From sequence record NC_049340.1: 64,000 bases of DNA; one strand, 5' to 3'. Shown here piece by piece: positions 1-10,893 of the stretch. The notes under the pieces were generated by a model that ran no database searches, was not told where the DNA came from, and was given only the letters and a program-made list of their open reading frames with translations. The translations under genes and the position numbers were made by a program. How positions within the stretch are numbered: position 1 is the first letter of the stretch; each line of letters starts with the position of its first letter.

Positions 1-398
1 CGTGAGCATTGGATATTATCTAGAACCATGAATATACAACCAATGGTAGAGTAAATTCAAAACAAAGAGTAAGAGTATTTAGGTCATATGAAGAAGCTAT
101 TACAGAAGCAAAAGAGCGAGGTTTAGACGTTTCTGTTATCGGTGGGTCAAAAGTTTATGAAACTGCCTTAAATCTACATGAGAAAGGCAAATATAAGCTG
201 TATGAAGTTCTATTAACTGAATTAGAATCTATTGTTCTTGGTGATACTTACTTCCCACATTTTGAGAAGAAGAATTTTCATAAACATACTCTTGGAGTTG
301 AAGAAGAGTTTTGTGATATAACCAAGGTTAATTATAAAATGTCATTTACTAAGTATGTTCCAAAAACTATTGTTCGTAAATTGGGTGAAAAGTATTAG
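1..398 (+). CDS. folA: Dihydrofolate reductase, 5'-truncated by the window, with apparent 1-nt frameshift near nt 24
   Basis: Frame 1 REHWILSR then frame 3 ...VSVIGGSKVYETAL...GDTYFPHF, DHFR IGG and GDTxFP motifs; TAG at 396-398. Confidence 0.8.
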
Positions 399-517
399 GT
401 AAAAATGTTGTAGTCAAAGATAATTCACCAAAATCAATTGAGAATATTGCATTAGATTTTTATAAATTTCCATTCAAACTACATAACGAAATTAGGGTTT
501 TATGTGATGATAATTCA

Positions 518-829
518 ATGGCATTTGATTTTTGTCATAGGGTTACACAAAATGCATTTGGTGGTAAAGGTATAGTGTTGGGTCAGCAGACCAAAGATAA
601 GATTGTAAGACGTATTAATAATGACCATACAGTTACATTTAATACAAAGTTTAGGTACAACAAATCAAAACAACACTTAGAGTGTTTAACGGACATTAAT
701 AATGATGAATGGAAGCCATTTGCATTAGTTCGTGGGTGGGGTAAATTACACACTAAGATGTCAATTGAAGACTCTGCAATAGTTCAGGATACATTCGCAC
801 AAATGATAGTTAATAAACTAAACGCATAA
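518..829 (+). CDS. Hypothetical protein (frame open from 389, true start uncertain)
   Basis: ORF track 103 aa. Confidence 0.55.
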   Translation: MAFDFCHRVTQNAFGGKGIVLGQQTKDKIVRRINNDHTVTFNTKFRYNKSKQHLECLTDINNDEWKPFALVRGWGKLHTKMSIEDSAIVQDTFAQMIVNKLNA

Positions 830-869
830 ATTAAAACATACATTGTTTAATACATAAAAAGATAATATT

Positions 870-1459
870 ATGGAAATGGTAATAGATTCATTAGAGAGAA
901 GAGCAAGAGAATTTTTCTTTAAAGCACACAATGACACAAATCATACATACGGTGATAAACCATATACATTCCACTTGGAACATACTGCGGATGTTGCTAG
1001 AAAGTTCGGTTATATTTTAGAAACACCTGAACGCATTTCAAAAGCTATCGCATGTGCATATGGACATGATGCTGTATCTGATGCTAGGGTATCACGCAAT
1101 GATATTTATAAAAATCTAGGTGATATTGATGTTGCTAATATTTGTTCTGATTTGGTTGAGGATATGCATGGATATGTTCGTGATGATAGAAATAGTGATG
1201 CATATTATGCTAGAATTAAGAAGACTGTAATTGGTGTTTTCGTAAAATTGTGTGACCGAATTGCCAATTTAGAAAATGGTATTTGGGAGGGTGGTACAAT
1301 GTCAATAAAATATAAACAAGAGATTTTCAAGTTTTATGAAAATTATATCATCCACTTTTTGATGATATGTGGGAATATTTATTCTCATTAGTGGATAATG
1401 TAAATTTACCATCAATTGAAAACTCATATAAACAATTAAGAAATAATTATAAACAATAA
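870..1459 (+). CDS. HD-domain phosphohydrolase, SpoT/Mesh1-like; frameshift at ~1340 extends it to TAA 1457-1459
   Basis: YGDKPYTFHLEHTA, GHDAVSD, VKLCDRIANL; alternate frame continues YHPLFDDMWEYL. Confidence 0.7.
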
Positions 1460-1469
1460 ATTATATAGA

Positions 1470-2129
1470 ATGAAGTTACGAGTATTACAAGTTGGTAGCG
1501 AAAACCAAGTAAAAATTAAAAAAGCAACAAGTTCAGTTGTTGTTGAAACATTTAGTGGTGTTGAGAATGAAAGTGTTATTTCTGTAACAGAAGAGAACAC
1601 AACACCAAAATTAAATGATATTTTAACAGCACAAGTTGATGTTACAGGATTTTCAGATTTAATGTTGACCGATGCATTAAATGTTGTTAATGTTTATGAT
1701 GAGACAAGACAACGATTAGAGAATACATATGCTATTTTACAAACAACTGCTGATGGTACAAAACAATTATCTTTTGTTATTGGTGGTGCTACTGGTGAAG
1801 TAAAAGAAACCAAATTAAAGAAAGGTGAGTATTTTATTGACGTTGCTATGATGGTTGAAGATAAGTCAATTTCAATGGATGCATATACATTTATGGTTGC
1901 ACGTGTTCAATCTGTAGAAAAGGAATTAAGTGACATCCAAGAAGTTATTTATGGTGATTGTGTACAACGTGTTAACAATTTATTACGTGAGGGTACACCT
2001 ATCAAAGATGTTAAAAATTCCGTAAGAGAATATTTTGAACCATTAGATGGTACTAAATTAGAAGATTTATCAAATAAAGTTATTGCTGAAATTAATTTAG
2101 CTGTAGCAAAACAAGCTGAACAAATATAA
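1470..2129 (+). CDS. Hypothetical protein
   Basis: 219-aa ORF with phage-like codon usage. Confidence 0.75.
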   Translation: MKLRVLQVGSENQVKIKKATSSVVVETFSGVENESVISVTEENTTPKLNDILTAQVDVTGFSDLMLTDALNVVNVYDETRQRLENTYAILQTTADGTKQLSFVIGGATGEVKETKLKKGEYFIDVAMMVEDKSISMDAYTFMVARVQSVEKELSDIQEVIYGDCVQRVNNLLREGTPIKDVKNSVREYFEPLDGTKLEDLSNKVIAEINLAVAKQAEQI

Positions 2130-2132
2130 TAG

Positions 2133-2163
2133 AAAAAATCCGAGGCATTGCCTCGGATTTTTT
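2133..2163. terminator. Bidirectional intrinsic terminator between convergent genes
   Basis: aaaaaatccgaggc-att-gcctcggatttttt. Confidence 0.85.
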
Positions 2164-2446
2164 ATTTACTTTTAATAACACCACTTACCGGGCCGTTAGG
2201 CGCACTAAGACCACTAACATCAAAATCTTGACTAGTGATATAATCATCAATTATTGTTGCTAGTTTATTAGATAACACATCAGCAAACGTATTTGCTGTA
2301 GCCTCACTAACCTTACTGATAACTACTTCCATACTATCATTTTCATTTACGATATTTGGGTCAAATGATTTTGCGGTTGCTTGTTTCTGTGCATCTTTAA
2401 AGACACTCTTTAAATCTGAACTCAATTTATTTTTATTTCTAGCCAT
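2162..2446 (-). CDS. Small baseplate/spike-associated protein (putative)
   Basis: Directly downstream of gp5-like gene; C-terminal APNGPVSGVIK. Confidence 0.5.
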   Translation of the reverse strand: MARNKNKLSSDLKSVFKDAQKQATAKSFDPNIVNENDSMEVVISKVSEATANTFADVLSNKLATIIDDYITSQDFDVSGLSAPNGPVSGVIKSK

Positions 2447-2448
2447 GA

Positions 2449-3234
2449 TTAACTTGGTTTTGTTTTATCCACGGTAACAACTTGTGATTTAGTTTCGGGG
2501 AAAAAATTATTATTTTCTGAATGTAAACTATTTATTTTTGATTTAACCTCAGCACCAAATCCTTTAAATATTGGTTTAAGTGGTTTAAGAACTGATACGA
2601 AACTACACACGGTTGCTAATCTACTTGTCCATTTTTCAATCAATTCTGCAAGGGTTTTTATTTCATCATTAAGTTTCTGTAGTGCGGTCATATTATCATT
2701 TCCAACAACTGCTGGTTGTTGTGATTTATCCTCACGTCCTATTGAAATATTATCCTTTGCTAAGTGTACTACTTGGTTACTACCTGCATTCTTAATAAAT
2801 ATTGTATTATCAGGACGAATAATAAATGTACTATTTTTATTATTCTTTTCAAGTTCTAACACAACACCCTCACTTTCAGTAAAACTAACTCTAACTTTAC
2901 CTTTGAGGTTATAACGTTCTAGGTCTTTTTCTAGTAATATTGATGCTGTTGTATAATCATCTTTCTTAACTTTACCTTTGTATGTACTTCTCTTTCTATA
3001 CCATACAGGCATATAAGCAACATTATATGGAAATTCAACGAATACAATTTCACCTTGTGCTGGTAGGTCGTGTTCTATTATATCTTGTTTTGATTCTGCC
3101 CATGGAATTAATTCAACATCCAAATCATCAAAAACAGTTTGTACACGCACTTTAATTCGACCAGCTTGTAGTGGGTCATCCGTTTGCACAACTACACCAA
3201 AAAATACTTCACTATTATTAATTTTTTTAAACAT
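2449..3234 (-). CDS. Baseplate hub/spike protein with gp5/Vgr N-terminal OB fold
   Basis: FFGVVVQTDDPLQAGRIKVRV...IPWA signature. Confidence 0.75.
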   Translation of the reverse strand: MFKKINNSEVFFGVVVQTDDPLQAGRIKVRVQTVFDDLDVELIPWAESKQDIIEHDLPAQGEIVFVEFPYNVAYMPVWYRKRSTYKGKVKKDDYTTASILLEKDLERYNLKGKVRVSFTESEGVVLELEKNNKNSTFIIRPDNTIFIKNAGSNQVVHLAKDNISIGREDKSQQPAVVGNDNMTALQKLNDEIKTLAELIEKWTSRLATVCSFVSVLKPLKPIFKGFGAEVKSKINSLHSENNNFFPETKSQVVTVDKTKPS

Positions 3235-3242
3235 ATTGTATC

Positions 3243-4448
3243 TTAATTATAAACGTTACCAAGGTCTCCACCAGTTCTTTGGTTGTGCTTTAAACTTGGT
3301 ATATCACTCATTTGACCTAGTGTTTGTCCTGCATTTATAACATCATCAACACCAAATCCATAAACATTACCTAAATATAAACCACTAACAGCACCTCGTA
3401 TTCTTTCTATTGCATCAGATGCTGTTGCTGTACCGAAGTCTTCAACTTTAGTACGCCACTTATCAACATCAAGAAAGTCATTTACATTTACTTTGGTTCT
3501 AATAATATCCACACCACTACGACTTAATAGGTTTCTTTTAGAGAAAAATGAATCATCTGTAACAACATTATTTACATTTGTGGTAGCCATTGATGCTAAT
3601 GCTTTACTTCCAATTTGTGCGTTACCTAATAGTGATTTAAATAAACCACTTATATCATATTGTTCAAATTTAATTGCCAAGTTATTAAGGTTTGCATCCG
3701 ACCTATTATTTGAAACACTTTCAAAGAAAGCACCACCACTAGGTGCATCGAATTGACAATAACCTAAATCAAATAGTGTGTGATTTAATTGAGTGATATT
3801 CGTATTTTCAATTGTTTGTAGAAATTCTATAGATGATGCATTCAAATCACTAAATACTCTATAATCATATACGAATATTGACATTGAAAACTGCCTTAAA
3901 TTCTTTGGTAATATCCACTTTCTATTGTGGTGGTCATATGCTATAGATTTATACATTTGCGCAATACTACCAATTTTATTATCTACAGTTTCAAGGCATA
4001 AAATATTTAGTTGATGTTCTTTATAAATTTCCTCGAATGGTTCTGTATATAATTCTTGCAATCCCTCAACATCCTGAAAAATCCATGGAGTTATTGAATT
4101 TACTTTAGAAAGTACATTAATAAACCTTTTAAGTAATTCATACTTTTCTGTATATCCAATTCTTTTTAGGTATGCTAGAGCAGAATCAATATAAGTTTCA
4201 TCAGCAAGTAAACCACTTGTTGCATCAAAATGAAAGAACAATTTAAATCCTGAATATGTTGGGTCTGTAAGTACTTTAAACGTATCAAGAGAATTATCAA
4301 TATCAGATACTACATTAACAAAGTTCTCTATTCCGTAATTAGAATTGTAAAGAATATTTTTATTTTTGTAGTTTAATATTTTTGAATCGGTTAAACGTTT
4401 TATCAAAGATTTTTGACCCTCAGAAATTGGTGTTAGTAAATTAGACAT
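3243..4448 (-). CDS. Putative tail-tube-like/baseplate protein
   Basis: Context upstream of gp5-like gene; late-type motif upstream; tube-fold-like pattern judged by eye. Confidence 0.4.
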   Translation of the reverse strand: MSNLLTPISEGQKSLIKRLTDSKILNYKNKNILYNSNYGIENFVNVVSDIDNSLDTFKVLTDPTYSGFKLFFHFDATSGLLADETYIDSALAYLKRIGYTEKYELLKRFINVLSKVNSITPWIFQDVEGLQELYTEPFEEIYKEHQLNILCLETVDNKIGSIAQMYKSIAYDHHNRKWILPKNLRQFSMSIFVYDYRVFSDLNASSIEFLQTIENTNITQLNHTLFDLGYCQFDAPSGGAFFESVSNNRSDANLNNLAIKFEQYDISGLFKSLLGNAQIGSKALASMATTNVNNVVTDDSFFSKRNLLSRSGVDIIRTKVNVNDFLDVDKWRTKVEDFGTATASDAIERIRGAVSGLYLGNVYGFGVDDVINAGQTLGQMSDIPSLKHNQRTGGDLGNVYN

Positions 4449-4493
4449 AGGTTTGTTTTATACTATGTATTATATAAAACAATTATACAAAAT

Positions 4494-5987
4494 ATGCTTA
4501 TAAACGTAACACAACAAGATGCATCAGTAACATTATCATATGTTAAGAATAATCTTATAGAGGTTAAGACCTATCCAGTTTATCAATATAATGGTATAGG
4601 TACATATGATTATCGTATTGCTAGATATGATGGTGACCCTGATATCGTAAATAACTTGGTTCATTATAAAGATGATAAGAAAGTTAAGCGTGTCATGTCA
4701 TATAAATTCGATTTTGATACACTAAGAGAATTTATCACACAAGTAATACCTGAGGAAGATAGAAATGAAATATTCACACTAGAAATGCCTGGCGCATATA
4801 AATGTGATATTGAAATTGCTGTAGGTGATGGTGAGATATTCCCTGACCCATATTTAGCCGAAATGGTTATTGATAGTATTCAAATAACCGCACCTAACCT
4901 AAATACGGTAACAATTACATGTAATCCAAGAGTTAAAAAAGCTGGTACACCTGAGGGTGATAAACAAATAAATGATATTGAAGATGCCATAAATAAGCAT
5001 TTTGAACAAGTTGATTTTGTTAAAACATTAACTGATAGGATTAAGTATTCACATATTGTATATGATACGGAAACTGAAATGTTAGAACGTTGGTGGCGAT
5101 TAATTAATACAACATTACATGCTGTTGGATTTTGGAATGGTAGTGGATTTGATGTTCCATACTTATGGAATAGGTGTAAAAAATTAGGTGTTGATGTTGG
5201 TATGGGTTCACCAACTGGTGAAGTATCTAATCGTGAAATGTGGTGTAGACATAGACATATTGTTGATGATATGCAGATTGTTGAAAACTTCTCACATGAT
5301 TTGGGAACAAAACAATCACTTTCATTAGATTATATTAGTAATAGAATTTTTGGGGTTGGTAAAATACCATATGATGGTAGTTTTAGTGACTTATATAATG
5401 GTTGTATTATTAGATATATGACGTATGGTGCTGTTGATACCATATTACAACAATTAATTGAACAAAACCGAAAATACTCAGCAGGTTCTGAGGCGATGGC
5501 ATATTATTGTAAAATACCGATTGTTGATGTTGGTAAAACAACTGCATTAGTTCACGCTGTTATTTGGGATGAGTTATATAAGCAGGGTAAGATAAATGCT
5601 GAGGAATATTTCAAAAAAGAAAAAACACCGTATGGTGGTGGTTTTGTTAAACAGCCAACACGAAAGTTTTGTATGTATCCAGTTGGTGTTGATTTTTCTG
5701 CACTATATCCAAGAGTTATACAAACATGTAATATATCTTTTGAGAATTATATGGGTAGAGTTCGTGATAAAAAACATGCTGAGGAATTACGTGCGCAGGG
5801 ATATTTTGTTGCTGTAAGTGGAAACTATTACAAGAATGATAAAACATATTGTTTAAAATCGGTACAAGATAAGTTTCTATCTGAGCGATATTTGTATAAG
5901 GACTTACAGTTTGCAATATGGCAAGAGGTTGTTCCAACACTAGAGGCTGAATTAAAACGTAGGGGAATAAACCCAAAGAAATTATAA
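4494..5987 (+). CDS. gp43A: DNA polymerase family B, part A (3'-5' exonuclease, palm motif A, first fingers helix)
   Basis: DIE, FWNGSGFDVPYLWNR, YGAVDT, YGGGFVKQP, DFSALYPRVIQTCNISFE. Confidence 0.9.
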   Translation: MLINVTQQDASVTLSYVKNNLIEVKTYPVYQYNGIGTYDYRIARYDGDPDIVNNLVHYKDDKKVKRVMSYKFDFDTLREFITQVIPEEDRNEIFTLEMPGAYKCDIEIAVGDGEIFPDPYLAEMVIDSIQITAPNLNTVTITCNPRVKKAGTPEGDKQINDIEDAINKHFEQVDFVKTLTDRIKYSHIVYDTETEMLERWWRLINTTLHAVGFWNGSGFDVPYLWNRCKKLGVDVGMGSPTGEVSNREMWCRHRHIVDDMQIVENFSHDLGTKQSLSLDYISNRIFGVGKIPYDGSFSDLYNGCIIRYMTYGAVDTILQQLIEQNRKYSAGSEAMAYYCKIPIVDVGKTTALVHAVIWDELYKQGKINAEEYFKKEKTPYGGGFVKQPTRKFCMYPVGVDFSALYPRVIQTCNISFENYMGRVRDKKHAEELRAQGYFVAVSGNYYKNDKTYCLKSVQDKFLSERYLYKDLQFAIWQEVVPTLEAELKRRGINPKKL

Positions 5988-6038
5988 ATTTTTACTAACA
6001 TTGTTTAATACATTAAAACAAAAATAATTTTATTCAAA

Positions 6039-6878
6039 ATGGAAAGTACACAAATCGTAAAATTAAAAAACGTAAAGTTAAGTGAACTACAGACAGCATT
6101 CAAACGTTCTTTATCTATTGGTGGTGAAACATTAAATTTTAAAATCACACCAACATCAATAACAAATGTAGCTGAACATTCAAGTCAATCATTATATAAA
6201 AAATGGGAATTGTCTTTAGGCGATGTTTGTGATAGTGTTGATGGTCAATTCAGAGAATTAAAAGTTGCTATCTATAGTGGTAATGAATTTGTATCAAAGA
6301 TTTTAGGATTCTTTGGACAATTAGCTGACTTAGAAATTCAACACGAAAATGGTAATGTTAATAAAATTAACATCATTAAGTTAGATGAAAAAGGTAAAAG
6401 ACTTTTAAGGATTGCATTAGTTACGGCATCTGTTACATCTTCATATAAAGAAATTGATTCTGATATGGTTTCAAACATCTTTAATCCTGATATGGAAACA
6501 AAGGCTAGTTTAATTTTATCACCTGATGATTTAAAACAATTAAATAACTTAGCTAAGTTAACAACGAATCCTGAGGAACAAACAAACTATATAACTATAA
6601 AATCAGAGAATGGTCAATTAGTTGCTACTGATGGTGCATTTGATATTGCATTACGTGATAGAACAGAAGAGTTGGATGCTATTGAGATTGATAAAGAATT
6701 ATTCTCATGTATTGAGCATGAAAATTATACTGCATCTGTTTATGACCTTGGTGAGAGTGGTATGTTATTATTAAATTCTGAAAATTCAAATTCACAAATT
6801 GCTGTAGTATTATTATCTGATGCTGATGATTCGGTATCATGGGATGATTTTGAAACTGACACAAACTGGGATAATTAA
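6039..6878 (+). CDS. gp45: Sliding clamp, gp45-like
   Basis: Size, beta-rich pattern, LVATDG-like motif, position within the polymerase locus. Confidence 0.6.
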   Translation: MESTQIVKLKNVKLSELQTAFKRSLSIGGETLNFKITPTSITNVAEHSSQSLYKKWELSLGDVCDSVDGQFRELKVAIYSGNEFVSKILGFFGQLADLEIQHENGNVNKINIIKLDEKGKRLLRIALVTASVTSSYKEIDSDMVSNIFNPDMETKASLILSPDDLKQLNNLAKLTTNPEEQTNYITIKSENGQLVATDGAFDIALRDRTEELDAIEIDKELFSCIEHENYTASVYDLGESGMLLLNSENSNSQIAVVLLSDADDSVSWDDFETDTNWDN

Positions 6879-6906
6879 TTTATGTAGTTTATTCTAAATA
6901 TTATTA

Positions 6907-6925
6907 GGGCGCACTTCGTGCGCCC
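6907..6925 (+). terminator. Hairpin/terminator after clamp gene
   Basis: gggcgcac-ttc-gtgcgccc. Confidence 0.6.
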
Positions 6926-6948
6926 ATTCATTAACTAAAACTATATAA

Positions 6949-8004
6949 ATGAGAGCAGAAGATGTGAATGATAGAATACATGAATTGGAGTCTAAAATAT
7001 GCATTAATCCAATAAAATATTTTGATGATATTAACACATCATGTCTAACCGAATTTGAATTAATTTATTTCAAAAAGTATTTAACTGATTACATTTCGAA
7101 TAAGTTGAAAGATGGTGTTTTAATTGACCCAAAATCAAGAATCGGAATGAAGATGTTTAAGAATATTGAAATACTTTTGGATAAGTGTCTTTCTAGAGTT
7201 GAATTATATTCATGGAAACATTGTGACCATACAATAAAGGGGTTCTTGGTTTATAACAAAATAAAAGAAATAAGATGTCCTAATTGCGGAACACTACAAA
7301 ATCCACCAAAAAATATAAGTAGTTTTGTACATACATTTAATGATTTTAGAGTATATTTCAATGATTTATGTAATTCAAAACACACAAATATTTCAAGACA
7401 ATTAACGAATTTGAAGAAATATGGATATGCATCACATTTCTCAACAAAAGAGACTCGTGAAAAAATCCGAAAAACTAATCTTATTAAATATGGTGTTGAT
7501 AATCCAACAAAATATAAAGAAATAAATGATAGAATAATAGAAACAAAATTAAAAAGGTATGGTACATTAAGTTTTAATAAATATGTTAATGATGGAAACT
7601 TTGTTAGAAAGCAATATACATCCAAAGAATGTGAACAATTTCTATCTACATATATAACACCATTATTTAAATATTATGGCGTGGATGATAACATAATGTT
7701 TGGTGATAAAGAGTATTCTGTATTAATACCAAATACATTTAACGATGTACTAAAACACGTAACAATGTATGATTTTTATTCACCAAAATACTCTATTATT
7801 TTTGAATATCATGGTTCATATTGGCATAATAATGAAAAAGCCAAGATAAAGGATAGGGAGAAATTAGAATTTGCTAGAGATTATTTAGGGATTATGAACT
7901 ATTTCACAATATGGGATTATCAAGCAAAGGATAGTAAATTAATTAAAGAAGTACAGAACGAAATTATAAAAATAATAGATGAATATGAGAGCAGAGTTAG
8001 CTGA
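6949..8004 (+). mobile_element. Free-standing homing endonuclease, Vsr-like (EDxHD-type) C-terminal domain
   Basis: KYGVDNP/KRYG repeats; YDFYSPKYSIIFEYHGSYWH...TIWD. Confidence 0.75.
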
Positions 8005-8806
8005 ATACAAAACCATGGTAGGTTCGGAATATAATAACCTAATGCAAAAAAATGAACATGATGACTTAATGAACATTCTAATTGCTGGTGATTATACTAC
8101 AATGTCTGATGATGATTTGATAAAGACATACAAACATGCAAAAAAGATGCAAGATTTTTATAAGATGATGCAACTTTGTTGTAAGCTATTATGTAATTCT
8201 GTATACGGTGGATTTGGTACGGCATCATTACGATATTTTTTACAAGCTGTTGCATCAGATATTACTGCTGAGGGTAGAAATGTTACTCAGTTAGTTGATA
8301 AGATGGCAAATCAATATTTTCAAAAATCTTGGCAAAAGGATTCTAATTGGTTCAATGAGTTAAAAGATAAGTTTCCAAATATCATACCTGATTCATTACA
8401 AGCACCGCACCCAATCAAAAAAGACATATGTATTTATGCGGATACGGATAGTGTTGTTGGTGATTCTATACTAAGATTGTCTGATGGTAGGTCTATTAAA
8501 ATAGAAGATTTATTTAAAGAATCAAAATATACACATACAGACCATAAGGGTAATGAGTTTGCAACACCTACCGTTAATATACTAAATTATACTAAGGATA
8601 ATGAGTTATATTATGCGAAACCAAAACACATAGTTAGACATAAAGTATCCAAGGCAAAATGGAAGTTAAAGACCAAAAGTGGCAAAGAAATTATAGTCAC
8701 TAACGACCATTCTATGATTGTGTTTAGAAGTGGCGAACAACTAACAGTTAAACCAAGTGAAATACTAAAGACTGATAAAATTTTAGTTATTAAAGATGGT
8801 AGATAA
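7985..8806 (+). CDS. gp43B-N: DNA polymerase B part B, N-extein (motif B to YADTD) fused to N-intein (8450-8803)
   Basis: KLLCNSVYGGFG, ITAEGR, YADTD then SVVGDSIL...IIVTNDHSMIV (intein blocks A and B). Confidence 0.9.
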   Translation: MRAELAEYKTMVGSEYNNLMQKNEHDDLMNILIAGDYTTMSDDDLIKTYKHAKKMQDFYKMMQLCCKLLCNSVYGGFGTASLRYFLQAVASDITAEGRNVTQLVDKMANQYFQKSWQKDSNWFNELKDKFPNIIPDSLQAPHPIKKDICIYADTDSVVGDSILRLSDGRSIKIEDLFKESKYTHTDHKGNEFATPTVNILNYTKDNELYYAKPKHIVRHKVSKAKWKLKTKSGKEIIVTNDHSMIVFRSGEQLTVKPSEILKTDKILVIKDGR

Positions 8807-9839
8807 CATAAAGATTTTAATAAATAAACATAGAACAACAAAAGATACCAAATATCTTTTGTTGTTGTTTAATTTATATGAAAAATATCATAATATAATT
8901 TTACCTAGATGTAAAGTTACTGGCGGTCATATATATTGGTATGATACTCGATTCTCTTGGTATAATAACACATTAAATATAAAGGGAAAGTCCAGCTATT
9001 CAAATAAAATTGTTAATGGTAATAAGTATTATTTAACAGTATCTGAACATGGATTGTTTATTAAATTTGGTGACGATTTTAGTAGAATAAATAAACATAG
9101 GTTATTCAACACTATAAATAAATTAACTAAATTTTCTTTTGGCATAAATAACATTGATGCAAAAGCACAAAACAAAAAATGTGCAATAACATTGGATAAT
9201 ATGATTTCTAAATACGGTGTTGAAATAGGTACAGATAAATATAATGCCTATTGTGAAAAGCAAAGAATAACTTCAACTGATAAATATATTCGAAATAAGT
9301 TTGGTGAAGAATATTTAACAAAGGTTAAAGATGCTAAATCACATAATTTTAATTATTATCTTAGATTATCTAATGGTGATGTTGAGGTTGCCAAAGAATT
9401 ACATAAAAAATACCATGAGCAAAGAATTAATAATATTGGTTCAATTTCAAAAAATTCTTTACACTTATTTAATACAATAATAAATAAATTCAATATTTTA
9501 TCAGACTCATATTACGGTGAAAATGAATTTGGATTATATGATAAAGAGTTTAAGCGATATTATAAATATGACTTTACATCAACAAAATATAAATTCATTA
9601 TAGAATTTAATGGTGATGTTTTTCATGGAAATCCAAAAATTTATAATGAAACTGATAGACCAAATTTTTTTAATACTAAAAAAACATGTTCTGAAATATG
9701 GGCATATGATAAACAAAAAATAAATTTAGCTAAAGAGCATGGTTTTGATGTTTTTGTTGTATGGGAAAGTGAATTTAATAATGAATATATAGAACTAGTG
9801 AATAGATTGTTTAATACTATAAAACATAAAATAAAATAG
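8796..9839 (+). mobile_element. Free-standing Vsr-like homing endonuclease between the split-intein halves
   Basis: YDFTSTKYKFIIEFNGDVFHGNP...FVVWESE; own ATG and TAG. Confidence 0.8.
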
Positions 9840-9840
9840 G

Positions 9841-10821
9841 ATGGAATATTTATTTGATGAAATAGAATCAATTGAGTGTATAGGTGAATTTGAAAATGAA
9901 TTTGTATATGATATTGAAATGGAAGACGAATCACACACATTCATAGCAAATGATATACTTGTACATAATTCAAATTATTTAACATTTGATGAGATATTCA
10001 AATCAATTGATTGTGATTATGAAAATACGCCTACAAAAGAATGTGTTGATTTTATCGAATACTTCTTTAAGAATAAGATGAACGCAATGTATGATAAATT
10101 CCTAACAAAATACTATGATAGTAGAGGGTGTGACAACCATCATATTTTTGAATTAGAGGTTATTGGTGGGTATGGTGTATTTATTGCAAAAAAGAAGTAT
10201 ATCTTTAGTAAATTATGGGATGATGGTAACTATGTTGCTAGTAAAGGTGGATTGAAGACAACAGGTGTTGAAATTATTCAATCAAGTACATCAAATTTTG
10301 TTAGGAGTAGTATAAAAACTTTTGTAAATTTGATATTCTCTAAAAGAGGGAAAATATCTAGTGATTTATTCTTTAATATGTGTAATGCACTTAGACGTAA
10401 ATTAGAAACAGTACCGATTGATGATATATCTAAAATTAGTGGACTAAAGACATACGATAAATATGTTGTTGAGTGGAAAGATAGAATTATTCTAGAAAAG
10501 AAATGTCCAGCACCAGTTAGAGGTGCAGTTAGATACAATCATTTAATCTATCAAAAAGGTTTGCAGAATAAGTATGCATACTTAAAGAATGGTATGAAGT
10601 GTAAAATGTATTATGATAAGCAAGGGAATCCATTTGCATACCATGATGAATCATTTCCACATGAAATTGCACCACCAATATCTAGAGAAATTCAGTTAGA
10701 GAAATTAATATTTTCACCAGTAAAACGATTGGTTAGTGGTGGAATGATTGAGGGAAGTTTATCAAACATGGGAACTGGTAAGAATTTACCAAGTTTTAAG
10801 AACATGTTTAAGAAGAAATAA
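9841..10821 (+). CDS. gp43B-C: C-intein (9841-9969, 43 aa) fused to DNA polymerase B C-extein
   Basis: VYDIEMEDESHTFIANDILVHN|SNY; then FIAKKKY, LKTTGVEIIQSST. Confidence 0.9.
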   Translation: MEYLFDEIESIECIGEFENEFVYDIEMEDESHTFIANDILVHNSNYLTFDEIFKSIDCDYENTPTKECVDFIEYFFKNKMNAMYDKFLTKYYDSRGCDNHHIFELEVIGGYGVFIAKKKYIFSKLWDDGNYVASKGGLKTTGVEIIQSSTSNFVRSSIKTFVNLIFSKRGKISSDLFFNMCNALRRKLETVPIDDISKISGLKTYDKYVVEWKDRIILEKKCPAPVRGAVRYNHLIYQKGLQNKYAYLKNGMKCKMYYDKQGNPFAYHDESFPHEIAPPISREIQLEKLIFSPVKRLVSGGMIEGSLSNMGTGKNLPSFKNMFKKK

Positions 10822-10893
10822 TAAATATTTGGTGTTTTTATATTCTATACATAATATAAAGACATCAAATATTTAGAATTAAAAACAAACTAA

